DNA of 64,000 nt from Ramazzottius varieornatus (taxonomy: Eukaryota > Animalia > Tardigrada): NCBI GenBank assembly GCA_001949185.1, contig BDGG01000001.1, positions 8,812,721 to 8,876,720 of the forward strand. The letters are read 5' to 3'. The notes beneath the pieces were generated by a model. That model did no database searches. It worked only from the letters and a program-made list of their open reading frames with translations, and was not told the origin of the DNA. The translations under genes were made by a program, and so were the position numbers. Below, in pieces: positions 13,241-26,554 of the stretch; position 1 is the first letter of the stretch, and the number at the start of each line of letters is the position of its first letter.

Positions 13241-16200
13241 ATGTTGTCATCGCTCACAAGTATGATGCCATACAGACCTTTATCGAGACTCTGTTGGCTG
13301 ACATGGATAACTTTCCTCTTCCTGAAAATTCGCCACACCATGGGTAAGTCGGTAACTCTAAACAAAATCAAAAAAAATTTCGAAAAGGTCGTTTTTGAGG
13401 TGGCGCACCCTTTGTGCCAACAACCCTGCAAGCGTGCGCCACTTTAAAAATTGAAACGAGCCTGACAAGACTCTTTTCAATATGTGGCGCACATTTGCAA
13501 TATTATTGAATGGCATTGTGCGCTACTTCAAAAAAATTCGTCGAGTTCGCAGCTGTTTGCTGAGCTTCCATTTTATTTTGCTTGGGCTCTTCGACAAGTC
13601 AAAGGTCTTGATGTCACAGGTTCGCCATGCATGGTCAAAGACGGTTCGAGTATTTTCTTGACCATACCCGAGTCCTTTCCTCCCGGACGGGTTTTCAAGA
13701 CACTGGACATGATAGAAGGCGACGCCTCGCCCAAAGGCAACATCAACCTCCGTCTCAAAGAACCCAACCCTTACTTCGCACTCGACGGCGTCTCCAAGAA
13801 CCTCTTGCTCTTACATCAGATCGACCGCGAGTTCCTCGAAAGCAAGGTACCAGTATTGTGTCCTTTTCCGATTACGTAGACGTGATTGATTGTCGATGTA
13901 AGAGTCATTGTTTCCTTCTTGTTTCAACAGAGTCCCACAAAGTCTGTGCAGAAGCTGACGGTAGTCTGTGAGTATCTGGACCACGACACGTGGAGGAGGA
14001 TCGATATCCCTATCCAAATAGTCGTTACCGATGTGAATGACTTCACTCCCAAATTCATCGGGACCCCGTATAGGGTGACAGTCAGTGAGGTAACAGAAAA
14101 TGTCGTTACAACATTTTTGACTCACATGAAACCAGGACTCAAAAATAAAGCCGACAAGGTCGCTTCTTCAAGTGGCGCAGCTGTACAGCCAATAACAATG
14201 ACCACGTGCGCCACTTGGGAAACTTGAGAAGACCGTCTGTTCCAAGTGACGCACGCTTCACAGCTAATAAACCGAAAATGCGCGCCACTTTAAAAAGACA
14301 ATCTTGTTGGGCTTGCCGAGTTCCCTTTTGCGAAATAAAATAAAAACGTTCTGATTGGTTGATTAACGGCATCGGTATGAAATGGTTTTTTCGGTGGCCG
14401 TCGGACATATTGGTCATGGTCAGTGTAACGTGATCATGATACGAGCTCGAGACAAAACGGGGATGGTTCCTGATTGTTGACTAAAGAGATCATTCAACAA
14501 TTGAAGTATTTTCATGGCTTATGACTTTGTGTGTTGCAGTTGACCCCGGTAGGCAGTATTATTTACAAGAATATCCGCGCTGAAGATGGTGACGCCACCA
14601 ACAACCTCGTCGATTACTCTATTGTCCCAGGACCGTATTCCGTAAGTTGCAAGCCCGATAAAAATCTTCAAAAATTCCAAGACAAATTTGTCTAAAGGTG
14701 CACTATAGGACAGTTTTGCGTGTCAGTCTCTTATAACTTGTCAAAAAAGACTGCTGATGTTTATTCCATGGTGATTTTAGTCGTACGTGCGTTTCGACGA
14801 TTCCCTGTCCGGTAACCTGGTCCTGGCTACCGCGCTAGACTACGAGGCTTTGCGAGCTTTCAACGTTACGGTAGCCGCTCGTGATCAAGGCAATCCACCC
14901 TTGACCGCCACCACCAACGTGGAGATTACCGTTCAAGACGGCGACGACTACAGTCCCGAGTTCGCCTACCCCTCCTACACCGCCACCCTCCCTCGCGAAG
15001 CGCCACGAGGTTACGTTCTGAAAATTCGACCAGAGAGTATTCGAGCTGTGGATAAAGACGCCGGCATCAGTACACCCATCGAGTACAGGATAGTCGAGGG
15101 TGCCAACTTCTTTGATATTAACAAGAAAACGGGCCAGGTCTTTGTCAACGGGACAGTAGCTAGTGGCGGCCTATATGTCTTAACCGTCAGAGCTAGCCAG
15201 GTGGACAATCCCAGCAAGTTCACACTGGCAACACTGAGGATCACCGCCGAGAGACCCAACCACAATCCACCGAGGTTCGTCCAGAAGGAATATGCACAGA
15301 AGGTCCCGGAGAATATCCCGGTGGGCAGTACTGTCATGTCAGTACGCGCTACCGACCCTGATCCAGGTAAATCCCCTTCGAAAAGAATGACCATTTTTTT
15401 CTGTTTGGGAGCTCGGCAAAAACTCGGCACGATTTTTACCGCAAGTGGCGTACTCTTTTGGTGCTATTGCCTGGAAGAGTGCGCCACTTGGACAAAACGG
15501 ACGCGACAAGATAGTTTTCCTAGCTGGCGCACGATCCCAGTGTTGATGGTTGGAAGAGTGCGCCACTTGGCAAAACTATCGTACCGAGTTGGTTTGTGAA
15601 CTATTCCGTTCTTTTTCCATCTCACGACTGTTTGTCTTTCAGATTCGACCTTGGCCTATAGTCTTCTGTCTGCAGAACTGGTTCCTCATTTCAACCTGTC
15701 GATAAGGTTAGCGTGCAATACTCGATTTTCATTTGATGATGCAGGCTTTCGCGAACTTATTTTCTGAGTTATATGATGTGAAATTCGGAAGTGGAATTTT
15801 TTACGGGTCGGTAATTTGATTGACATCTGTCTTTGTGTTCCGCCTTAGTGGGGATCTAATGATTGCTCGTCCACTGGACTACGAAGTGAGTCGGCAGTAC
15901 GTGATGTTTGTGGGAGTAACCGACGGAGAGTTTACCGATCAAGCACGCGTCATCATCGACATCCTCAACATGTAGGAAACAGGCTCTTCCTTGTTGTCTT
16001 TTCTCCTCCTCGGCTACCACTCATCCGTGTCAGCGCTGGTTGATCAAGCTTTTTCTCGTCATAGAAACGATCACGATCCAGAGTTTAGCCAAGCGGAATA
16101 CAGCTTCGATGTGGGGGCCGATGCGCGGGTCGACGGTGCCATCCTGGGCAAACTGCAAGTAACGGACCGCGACGGTGACAACGTCACCTTATCCTTGCTC

Positions 16201-18013
16201 AATTACCAAGAGTAAGACATGAGACCCTACTTTTACTTACCGATAGAAAAACGGACCGCTTAGTCATACACTAGTTTGCAAGACCAGCAAGCGACGTTCG
16301 AGGTACCTGCATACACGATCTTGCATCTGTGCAATGGTGTGTAGGTATGCAGGTTCGTTGACAGAAAATGTCATCTGTTTCACAGACCTACATACACTTG
16401 AGACCTGCTGTCAGCGTGTTGTACTGGTATGCATGTGCTTCTCCTGAAGAGCTGGTCTCGTCGAATGCCATTTTCTCGTTCGTAATACTCTTTTTTCTTC
16501 GTAGTATTTTTGAGTTACAAGGAAGGGAGCTGTTGGTGACCGATGCCAGCGTCCTGAATCAGACACAGTACCGCCTGAGTGTGGTGGCACAAGACAACGG
16601 GGTGCCGCCACGCCGCTCCTTCGCCACCGCCGTTGTCCGCTTCCCCCCGTTAGCTCTGGCGGCAATCTCCCCGGCTAACCAGTACTTTGTTCTGGCTCTA
16701 GTCCTCGGTAGCGTTGCCGGCTTCCTCATTCTAGTGGTAGCTTGCTTGGTGTGCTACCTTGGAAGAACGTAAGTGCCACTGTCCCACCAAGCCTTCCGTA
16801 TTCATCCTACTGTTGCATATCACCTCTTTCTTATCCTTCCTTGCTCTCCTGGTGATGGTTTCTCACTTTCTGTCTCTTTCTTCTTCAAGTGCACGTGGTG
16901 GAAAGAAGAAAAAGGATGAATCAGCCGAAGGTACCGCATTCTACTGTCAAACTTTCGCACTGTCGTCCCGGCTGGCTGGCTGGCTGGCTTGCTTGCTTAA
17001 TTCTTACTGTGCTATCAACGTACTGACGTTCTTGTATTTGTGCCTTCTGTCCGTTTTTCGGCGCTCTTTGTATGGGCTTGTATTGCGCGGCCATACTTGC
17101 CAAGATTGCTTTCCAAGTGGCGCATTCTGTCGATCAATAACACCACAGACGTGCGCCACTTTGAGAATAATATTGTCGACGTTGTCTTGTCAAGTGGCGC
17201 ACGTCTACAGTGTTATTGGCTGGAAGCGTGCGCCGCATGAGAAAACAATCTTGTCACAACTCGTGCGTGTCTTCCCAGCTTCCACTTTACTTTTCAACAA
17301 GGCTTCCGGCTTTTCACTCCATAGTTTAGTTTAATTAATTCGCTGTTGAGCTCCTATTCTGACTGGTCTTTGGTCTGTGTGTGTTCAGAAAGCCCTGGAT
17401 CGGCAAAAGGCAAGCAAGCTGCACAGGGCGGACATGCTCATTAGATGAGGAGACGCGGGGGTTGACGTACAAGCAACGGCTGCCCTACCTGGACATGCCA
17501 GCCTGTTCAGCCTCAAGCAGCAGCTCGTCCAACGTCTCGGACAGCGACACCGACCACCATCCGGCTTCCTTGACCAACAGCACCACCACGCCGTCACCGC
17601 TGGGCTCTCAAGTGGTCAAGTCGCTGGACAGGCTGGCTGTGCCTCGACCCATCCACTGCATCTCGGCCTGGGAGTCCTCCAGCAACGGCACCGTCACACG
17701 CTCACCCTCAGCCACGTTGACCGCCGTCACGGCCGACCTGGGCCTCAGCCCCAAAGGCATCATCTTGAGCACTGGCCACAACACGCGCAGTATCGGACCA
17801 CTGCGCAAACAGAAACGACTCAAGTGGGAGGATGAGGAGCAGCCCAGAAAGGTTTGTTGGGCCCTAACAAAGAGTATATTCACCTGTCCTGAGCTTTCAG
17901 CACTTGTATGTCCGTTGCAGTATTCCGATATGGACTACGGCTGGCATTCTCACGAGAGCCTCTCGCACAACCAGATGGACACCGAACGGCCCGAAGTGAC
18001 GGTTTATTTCTGA
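13241..18013 (+). CDS. Single-pass cadherin-repeat protein (non-classical cadherin, about 11 exons)
   Basis: Signal-like exon 13241-13343; cadherin motifs IDRE, DVNDFTPKF, LDYE, ARDQGNPPL, PENIPVG, ATDPD, QDNGVPP; TM YFVLALVLGSVAGFLILVVACLVCY; Ser-rich tail ending TVYF*. Confidence 0.9.
13397..17239. repeat. N25 element doublets in four cadherin introns (13397-13529, 14169-14291, 15442-15569, 17114-17239)
   Basis: Eight units, all with 25-nt spacers. The span covers separate clusters. Confidence 0.9.
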
Positions 18014-18374
18014 AGAAAATCTCTGATCGCTAGAAATGCTCTTTGCACTCTTTTTGCTCCGCCTTTTTCTGAATCAAACATAATCTCTCATTTTGTTAAA
18101 CTGACATTTTGTTGAATTTGATTTTGCTGAGTTGGCCTTTAGGGTCTCTAATAAACGGCTCATTCAGTACAAGCGGCTACAAGGCGCGCATACAGTAGAC
18201 GATAGTCAGGCGAAATGATTAACGAAAATAGTAATACTGTATTATAGTAAATGACCCTCGTTACCTCACGTCCTCTCGAGGTATTTTGCGCTACTATACC
18301 CCAATATTCGTTTCTCCATACATTAGTCCAAACATGTGCAAACAACTTCGGCTTGACAAGAAAACTTGACGCGG

Positions 18375-20617
18375 TTATCTGTTGATGACGCGGTCCACAA
18401 AACTCCGTAGTTGAAAGACGTTGGAAAAGACAGATGGCAAATCCTTGCGAGCGCATCCCGCACTAAAATAGCAGATGAAGCAATTTTAGGTATTCACCCC
18501 CCAGTTCAGCATATTATATTGTGTTGGTACCTCCAGGACGATATGCCATAAATGGACCAGCTGCCATCTGCCTCCTTGCAGTACAAACCGCCCCCGCTAT
18601 CGCCCAAGCACACACCCTGCTTGAGGGCATAATTCTGAGCGCAAACCATGTTGTCTCGCACCAGCTCGCCGCGACTTTGCAGGGCCACGTTACCCAGGAA
18701 GTAGTTCTGCTGACAAGTCTTCAAATCGACATAGTCCTGCTTGGCGAACTGCAGGATATCGGAGCCGGCACCCAGCTGTGTCGAGCTGGACGTGGCTGAC
18801 GACTGGAAGAGATGGCCCAGGTTGACGACGGTCCCTGCACCTTCCTGCTTGTAACCCCAGCCTGCCGTGTAGCACATGCTGCCTTTGGGTAGGCTGGCAC
18901 TCAATGCCGCTAACGACTGTAATTACTCATCCTTCATTTCTCAACTGGGGCACTTCCGCAGACACAAACGCCAAGACTGCTTTGCCAAGTGGCGCACATT
19001 GACACTGCTGATAGCCGAGACCGTGCGCCACTGGAAAAACCTGATTTCGTCCCGTCAGCTTTTCCTAGTGGCGCACGTTGTCAGCTTTACTGGCTCGAAA
19101 CGCGAGCTATTTGGACAACAAATCTTGTCCAGTCTGTCTTCAGAACAAATGTGGTTTTGTTCGAGGACGACGACTGGGATACGTACTTGGTTTGGTAGGC
19201 AGATGGGCTTAACGTTGATGTGGGCAAAGTTCGTTATGGGGTTCTTCAGTTTAACCAATGCCACATCGTTCAGCCAGCCTGCAGCATAAGATGAACTGGG
19301 ACAGGGGAAGTGGCGATGCAAGAAGGGTAGGTTTATCGCACAGTACCTGTAGGGTCGTATAAAGGGTGGACGGCGATTTGGTCGATGTAAAATTTGTTAT
19401 TGGGTCCTGCAGTTTGCAAGTTCAAGGAGCCGATTACGACGGTGGTATTAGCGATGATATCCTGCATTTTTAATCTGAAATATTTTAAGCAGTTACTGAC
19501 CTTTCTTCGAAGTTTATAGATTAAAGGGGCAATGTTTCGAAAGCACTTACGGACCGATGATGCAGTGCGCAGCTGTGATGATCCAGTATGCGTTCATAAT
19601 ACTTCCACCACAGAACTACGTTACAGTTATCTGTCATGATACTGTACACTAAAATACGTTAGCGAATTTGTTCTGGTCGTCGAGTGTCGACTTGATCGTA
19701 CCTGCTTGTAGACTTTGTGGACAAAGGCCACGGTCCAGGGGAAGTTTCCCGGCTGCGCATCCCAACCGTTGACGATCCTGGAACGACCAGGTGGGTTGGA
19801 CGTGACGCCGCACTGGACGGCCGAACTGGAAGGCGAAGAAGCAGCGGACGAGCTCCTTGATCCTTGAGGGCGAAACGCCGCGCTTGCCCCACTTTGATCC
19901 GAAAGCTCCACATCGCCGAAGCCGACCGGCCAAGGCGATATGGCGGAAGTAGGCAGACTGGGCGTGGTCAGTGGGACTAGGGAGAGAAGGATGGAAAAGG
20001 CTACTGGAACGTTACTGCCTGTCGTACAGAAGTCGATCAAAAGGTTCGATCCGACTGTTGAGCTAAAGCTCAGCGACGATTGTATCGGTGTGTTCGAGGT
20101 AACTCCTGTAAAATTCAATTTCCTTCCATATTGTGAATAGCGAAAGGAGCAAGAGCACTGGTTAGTTATTCACGTAAAGCTGGCTGGCTGGTAGAAGTCG
20201 AGGAGTCGTTGCATAACTGCGGATAAGGATCGGTCGTAGTCCAGTCGGTAATTACGATGGAGTCGCGAGGTCCAAGTTGCAATGGCGTTCCCAGAAGAGC
20301 CTGCAGTAGGACGTTGGAAGTTGCGGAGAGCGTAGCCGGTCTTCGGGTTTCGAAACGGCATCCGCGAGGCGTGTGAATTTGGAGGCCATTGGGATAAGTG
20401 GGCGGAACCAGGATGGTCGAGAAGCCGATTTCGGAAATATCTTCACACGATGAAAGCGCGATGATTTCGGCTATACAAGCAATCAACAAATACTCATGAC
20501 AAAATGGTTGACATGCATTGACGCACTGTGGAGCTTGGGTTCACCTGCGGTAGGAAGTTGCGCCTCAACCACAGATTTCACTGTGCAGCAGAAAAAGATG
20601 ACTAGTTGGACTTTCAT
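18375..20617 (-). CDS. Secreted trypsin-family (S1A) serine protease with an N-terminal, possibly CUB-like, region
   Basis: Signal peptide MKVQLVIFFCCTVK; RIVNGWDA, IITAAHC, NDVALVKL, GDSGGGL (catalytic triad intact); last exon ends VINR*. Confidence 0.9.
18986..19113. repeat. N25 element, 2 units (protease intron)
   Basis: Left arms at 18986 and 19065. Confidence 0.85.
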
Positions 20618-21684
20618 CTTCGGTAGGCTTTTCCCCAGGGAGAATTCAACGGTAAGCTTGAATGATGTCTGTCGAAACTCGATAGACTTCCAAAGAAGGG
20701 ATATTTAGAGAGCGCTTTTTACACAGGTACATGCCGGCGGCGGAATCTCGACATGTTAGCAGACCCAGATACCGGAACTAGATCGTGTATGTTTACTGAG
20801 GGAAATCAAGCGGTGAAAAAGAAAACCATAGTCAGTGGCTGAATGTAAACCTCCGATTTTGCTGATTGCGAAAAAGCTTGTCCCTCTCGACAGTAGCGCG
20901 TGTCGTTTGGCAAGGTCCTGTCCCTTCTTTCTTAAGGCACAGTTTTCTTTTGAGGTTAAGAAGGTAGAAAAAGCAGGTTTAGATTGAAGATTGCCGACAG
21001 TCTGGTGGACTTTTACTCCTTTAGCCAAACCTTCCAAAGCCAGCAGACGGCAGCCTTACTCACCACACGTCAACAAGGTGATTATTTTTTTCCATCCTCG
21101 CAAGTACTTCGTCGTACCTACCAACTTGAAAGCACGGCTTTCTCAGTTTTCCCGTAAAGGTTCTCGGCAGACCAGCTTTCCCCAATCTGAAACCGGGACC
21201 AAACTTTGTAAACCGAAAGAGCTCGGACATTGAAGGCTAATTTTCACGTACCAAGCTGGACCTTTATCCCGAAACCGTCGGTAGCAGTTGGTAAAGGCGA
21301 AAACTGGACGAAAAAGCCGTGGGCAGGGCCGCAGTGACGTCACCGCGACCACAACTCCCCGAGGTCTGATGGTACACCGTATCATGTTCACAGATGGCCT
21401 GCCAAATTTCGATCCAAAAATCGGCTGCATTTCGGCTCTCTCTGGGATATTCTTTTCCCATGCACATTTCGCTTACCTTTATCTCCTTTCCTTGACGCAA
21501 AGGAGGATCCTCATCTAGAATATCGGGGAACGCTGGTTGGAAAGTACGGGAGGATCGAACAACGTGAAGGGAGACCGCTATTTCATCAGCGCCGACTGGT
21601 GCTTTTGGCTGATTGGCGCATCTTGATTCCCTGGTATTCCAGTCCGTGTTATCGTTTGTTCGTACTCCATCCTTGCCCTGCAAA

Positions 21685-22354
21685 ATGACGGATAAGCTAT
21701 CTGGTGCCCAGAAGGATGAGCTAATGCAGCAAGTCCAGCAACAACTTGCCGTGGCAAACTTCCAGGAACTCGTAACGGTATCCGCAGTCCACACTTTTGA
21801 ATTCTGATAGTCTGCTTCTCGGCACTTATCCGACCACCCTAATTTCAGATCAATGAAACCTGATGATCTTTGCAGAAAGCCACGCATAAGTGCTACAAGA
21901 TGTGCATAGCCAAACCTGGATCTTCCTTGAGCACCTCCGACCAAGTAAGGATCTTAACTTACTAAAACTGATTTTAAGGTCTCTGGTGGCGAATGACGTT
22001 ATGAGCAACTTGACTGAATATGATCGCTTTTCCCAAGTGGCGCACTCTTCCAGCCAACAACTATTAGAGCGTGCGCCGCTCGAGATTTCAGCAAGATGGC
22101 TCTCGCAAGAGGCTCACGCTTTCAGCCAGTCTTACTGCAAACGTGCGCCACTTGAGAGAACAATCATGTCAGTTCATTCTCCTACATTTGGTTTATTCTG
22201 TATTGTGGATCTCCAGTTCTGACTTCATTAAATTACTTACACGTCTTTTTGCTTGCAGAATTGCTTGGCCATGTGCATGGACCGTTACACCGACACTTAC
22301 AACCACGTTATCAGGGTTTACACGACAAAGCTTCAGAACGGATTGCAGCGGTGA
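21685..22354 (+). CDS. TIMM13: Mitochondrial small Tim chaperone Tim13 (3 exons)
   Basis: ELMQQVQQQLAVANFQEL; twin CX3C motifs (CYKMC, CLAMC-MDRY). Confidence 0.9.
22034..22154. repeat. N25 element, 2 units (Tim13 intron 2)
   Basis: Left arms at 22034 and 22106. Confidence 0.88.
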
Positions 22355-22663
22355 TGAGTACAGTGAAGTCTTCTCGCTCTGTCATCCTTGCCGTAGGATG
22401 GAAATTGGACAGAGGTGTTATCCCTGACGGAAGAAGCTTCCACCTTTGCTGTGAACTGGGTTTGACAGATTTCGTGAGCCCTTCTTTGTCGTTTTACTTT
22501 TATCTGTTGGAAATTAACACTGTCTTTAGCGCTGGAGAGAAGATCGATGAGCGAAAACCAAGGGAAACGAAGCAAAACAAAAACATTGGAAAGAAACTAA
22601 GGCATCTTCATTCTTTGCATCACAGATGGGGTTGAAGGAGGTTTAGATGGAGAAGGGAGAAGT

Positions 22664-23762
22664 TTATTTGGCGGGAGCGGCGGCGCATTCCTTGTCGATG
22701 ATCTTGGCGACATCGGCAAAGATCTCATCGACCTTGCGTTCGGCCTTGACAACCTGCAGCTTGTTGTTCTTCTTGTAGTACTCGGCCACAGGCATGGTCT
22801 GCTTGTGGTAAGTCTCAATTCGCTTCTTGACAGACTCGGGGTTGTCGTCACTGAAAAGAGACAAAACCTAGACTGTGGTTTCTCTTTTTCAGCCAAAGGA
22901 AGGTAGGAACTCACACTCTGCCGCTCTTCTTTCCGCGTTCCATGCATCGATCGGATAAGATCTTGTCGTTGCATTCGAAGTTGATGACAACTCGAGGCAT
23001 GCCAAGCTCTGCCGTCAGCTTCTCAGCCTGTTCCATGTCTCGGGGGAAACCGTCAATCAGGAAACCCTTGCTGGTAGGCAGGGCAACAACCATGGCTTCC
23101 TTCAGCAGGTCCATCACGATGGCCTGAATAAGATGAGTCGAAAATCATCAGTCATCTTAGGGAAAGACATCGGTGAAATACCGAAAATTCTTGTGGTCTA
23201 TTATAGGGCTTTTTTCTTTGAGAATAGAGCGAGAACACCTAATGATGGTTGCTTCGCGACGACACTGTGGAAGAAGATTGACGGACTTCGCCAAGCAACC
23301 GCCGGGTTCTTCCTCGAGAGTGAATAAATGCAGAGTTCGGAGCAAGACTTACCAGAGAAACGAGTTCTCCCTTGGCCATGATGGCAGACAGCTCCTTGCC
23401 TCGAGCTGAGCCGGAAGCGACGTCGGCGCGCAGGAGATCGCCGGTCGACAAGTGAGTGTAACCGTACTTGCCCTTGATCTTGTCGCACTGGGTTCCCTTG
23501 CCGCAACCAGGTCCACCTTCAAGCAAGGAAATGTTCTACCCAAATTACCTTCTGCTGATGCAGGACTGGCCTTACCCATAACGATGACGACGGGAAGGTT
23601 CTTCTTCTTCAGTTCTGTCAGGTCAACTGGCTTCTTGGTATCTGACTTCTTGGCATCCTCGGGCTTCTTGGTCTCTTCGGGCTTCTTGGCCTCTGGCTTC
23701 TTGGCATCCTCGGGCTTCTTGGCCTCTTCGGGCTTTTTCTCAGCGGGCTGGCTTCCAGGCAT
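22664..23762 (-). CDS. Adenylate kinase (AK1-like) with a KKPE-repeat N-terminal extension
   Basis: [33 protein letters not shown]; 4 exons. Confidence 0.92.
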
Positions 23763-25167
23763 ATTGACCGAGAGGTTTAGTGAAAGACTTTAAAGAAAAG
23801 TAGTGAGAAGTGGTGAATACTACACGGAAGTTGAGATAGGACGAAATGACGCTGGCTTCTGAAAGTTTTCAGACAAATTAAATTCTACCTTGTGCCCTTC
23901 CCAGCTTTCTGTTGCTAGAGGACAACCTGGCAACCTAACCTTGTAAGGACCTTGTTCCAGAAACTTACATTGCGTTGGGGCGCCCGAAAAGAAGTTACCC
24001 GCTGCACAGTGCGTACTATTCCTTCCTCAGTACCGCATGATGTCATCGCGGACTAGAGGTTTTCGTGGCTTACGCGACGTGCGGATGAACACAACCGCAT
24101 GACGTAAGGCGCAACCTGGGGTCACTAGTTTGTGCCTGGGCCACCAGTGGTCATTTCAAGGACGTTTTCGGTTGTCATGCAGTCCTGCTTTGGCATACTC
24201 TGCCTCACAGCTAGTAGGAGGCCCGAAACCTACCCGAAAAGTTTGTAGGACCGGACTCAGATCGTTTACTGGGCCACTACGTCACTGCCTTGTTTTGTCA
24301 ACAGCCCGTCAACATCGCTTCAACGGTCTGTGTAAACTGCGTTCATCATTCATTTGATCCATTTGACAAATTGACAGGTAGCGATCTCGCTACTCTCCTC
24401 AGGATTATCCCTTCAGTTGTGCTCGCATCTTCACTCCGTTCCGTTGGCGGATCGTCCTCGAGCCCGAGTTGGGTTTGCTGCAGGTTACACTGTGAAAGCA
24501 TTGGATTATCTGGACCGACGACAGGGTTGAAAGGTGCGTTCGCCAATCGGGGTAATCGAGTAAAGCAATCAACGATCAGCCGACCATTGCGTGCTAAAGG
24601 GCCAGAACTCTGTCGTTTATGTTTGCTGAATCTCGCACTCTTGCTGCTCGGTTGCATCTTTGACGGGATCATCTTTCAGGGAAGCTGTTCATCCTTGTTC
24701 TAACACACCCGGGAGGAGCGGCGGACATCGGTCGACGTCTCTGAGGAAAGAGTAAAGCGGTTGAAAGCGCGATCATGTTTTCCGTTCTGGTTTCCCGTAT
24801 CGTCATGTAAGTCGACCTCTATTCCATCGTAAATGTTACGCTTCTATTATCATCCTGATGACAGCAACGACCTGCGTGATGTTTACGCTGCACCAGTGTG
24901 TAAGAAAATTTAGCATTAAGCAATGTTTGGTGCGCTCTGAACGAGCGCAGAAATTCCACCAGCGGAAGCGTCGTCTTCGACACGTCCGATGTCTTCGCAT
25001 TCCTTGGCATCTCTCTTCAGTCTTGACAGCCGCTGACGATGGAAAGATGGTGGTAGGGTGGAACGGGTTTCGGAAGGGTGGAACGCGTTCAAAGCTTGCA
25101 TTCTAGTTTTCCCTTGTGTTTCTGTTGACAATTGCGCTCGGCAGATTACTCGATCAGATAGTTTTCG

Positions 25168-25290
25168 CAAGTGGCGCACGCTGCCAGTGCCATTAGCTGA
25201 TGGTATGCGTCACATGGAAAACTCAGCAAGGCTGTTCTAACCAAGAGGCGCACACTTTCACGGTTATTGTGTGGAAGCGTGCGCCACCTG
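25168..25290. repeat. N25 element, 2 units
   Basis: Left arms at 25168 and 25242. Confidence 0.88.
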
Positions 25291-26554
25291 GAAACGATCT
25301 CGTTCGGTTCGTTTGCCGAGGTTCCGGTTGGCGAACCTTTGCCCTGGCCTCTGGGTGATCCGTCTCACGCGACTTGCGTTGCTCTACATAGGGTACAGGT
25401 TGCACAACGTTATGCACGTGAAGCTTCCTGCTTCATGCTTATCACGAGCTGTTTACACGCTGGAACGTTCATCACTTCAATTAGCAAATAGCGTTCTTGT
25501 CAAAGAGTCGAGCCTATCAACGGTAGCTGCAAATAACTGTCCTACTTACCCACTTCTTTCTTTCTTTCTTTCTTTCTCGTTCCAGCTGCTGGAGTAATCA
25601 ACTGCGGCGTGCTTTTCTTCAGATGTTCTTTGCAGGAGGAAGCCTCGCAGAAGAAACTGCAGAATCCAGGGCTTGCCACTCATAAGTCGGAAGAGAGGCT
25701 TATGAAAGGTAAGCTTTGGTTACGTTAGGAGATTCCCGCCGATGGCACAACTTCCTTTCTGTGTATACATTTCGACGCTTGGATATTTTCGCTGTGTCAG
25801 CTGAGTTGCTTTCCTTTTTGTACACAGTAGTACACATTCTGGCAGTGCCGCCAGGATATTTACAGAAGCGAGCGCTTTTTCCCCTGCACCATTACGTCGC
25901 AAATATGCGCAGCTGATGTGAGAGGGTTCTTTGGACACGCTTGACAGCCAAGGCAAAATATAGCGGCGTCTTGTGTGATCGTGGAACCCTCAAGAATGCT
26001 TCGATAGTGTGTTCGTAGCGTGGTCATGTTTATAATTACGGCTATTTAATTTCTTTGTGGAATGCACAGTAGAGCGTGACATGGAAGTGGTTACGCTGCC
26101 GGCATTTGGAAACTGACCCGTAATTTCTCGAGCCCTATCGTTCGCAGATGCGAGCCAGATGCCAACCCAACATCCATTCTTCCGAATCTTTCAGTCGAAA
26201 TTCGAATGCTGGAGTTTTCCGATCTGAACGTCGCAGAAAGATCTGAGAGGAGTTTGCTCTTCGGTTCCATCGGTGAATGAAACGTCGCTGTTCAATTCTG
26301 AAATTTGAGAAACGCCGAGTGAGGTTATTATGACGTTTGCGTTATTTGATCGTGCTCGCAGGCGGAAGTTTCTCCAGCCTGTTGCGATCAGTTTTGAGTG
26401 ATTGCGATTGATTCAGTTAAGCAGGTTTTTCTCTGTCGGTGAAAGCGCCTTTTCGCTCGAAGAGAAAATGGTGGGGGATATCGTGAACGTAGGATTATTG
26501 GAGTTTGGATCTTGTTTGCTGTCGTTGGGATGATACAGTTGTAGCGAGCCGTGG

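Noticed and set aside
24346-25700. Possible minus-strand spliced gene
   Set aside because: Some splice-like sites are present, but I could not assemble a consistent frame or recognise a domain.
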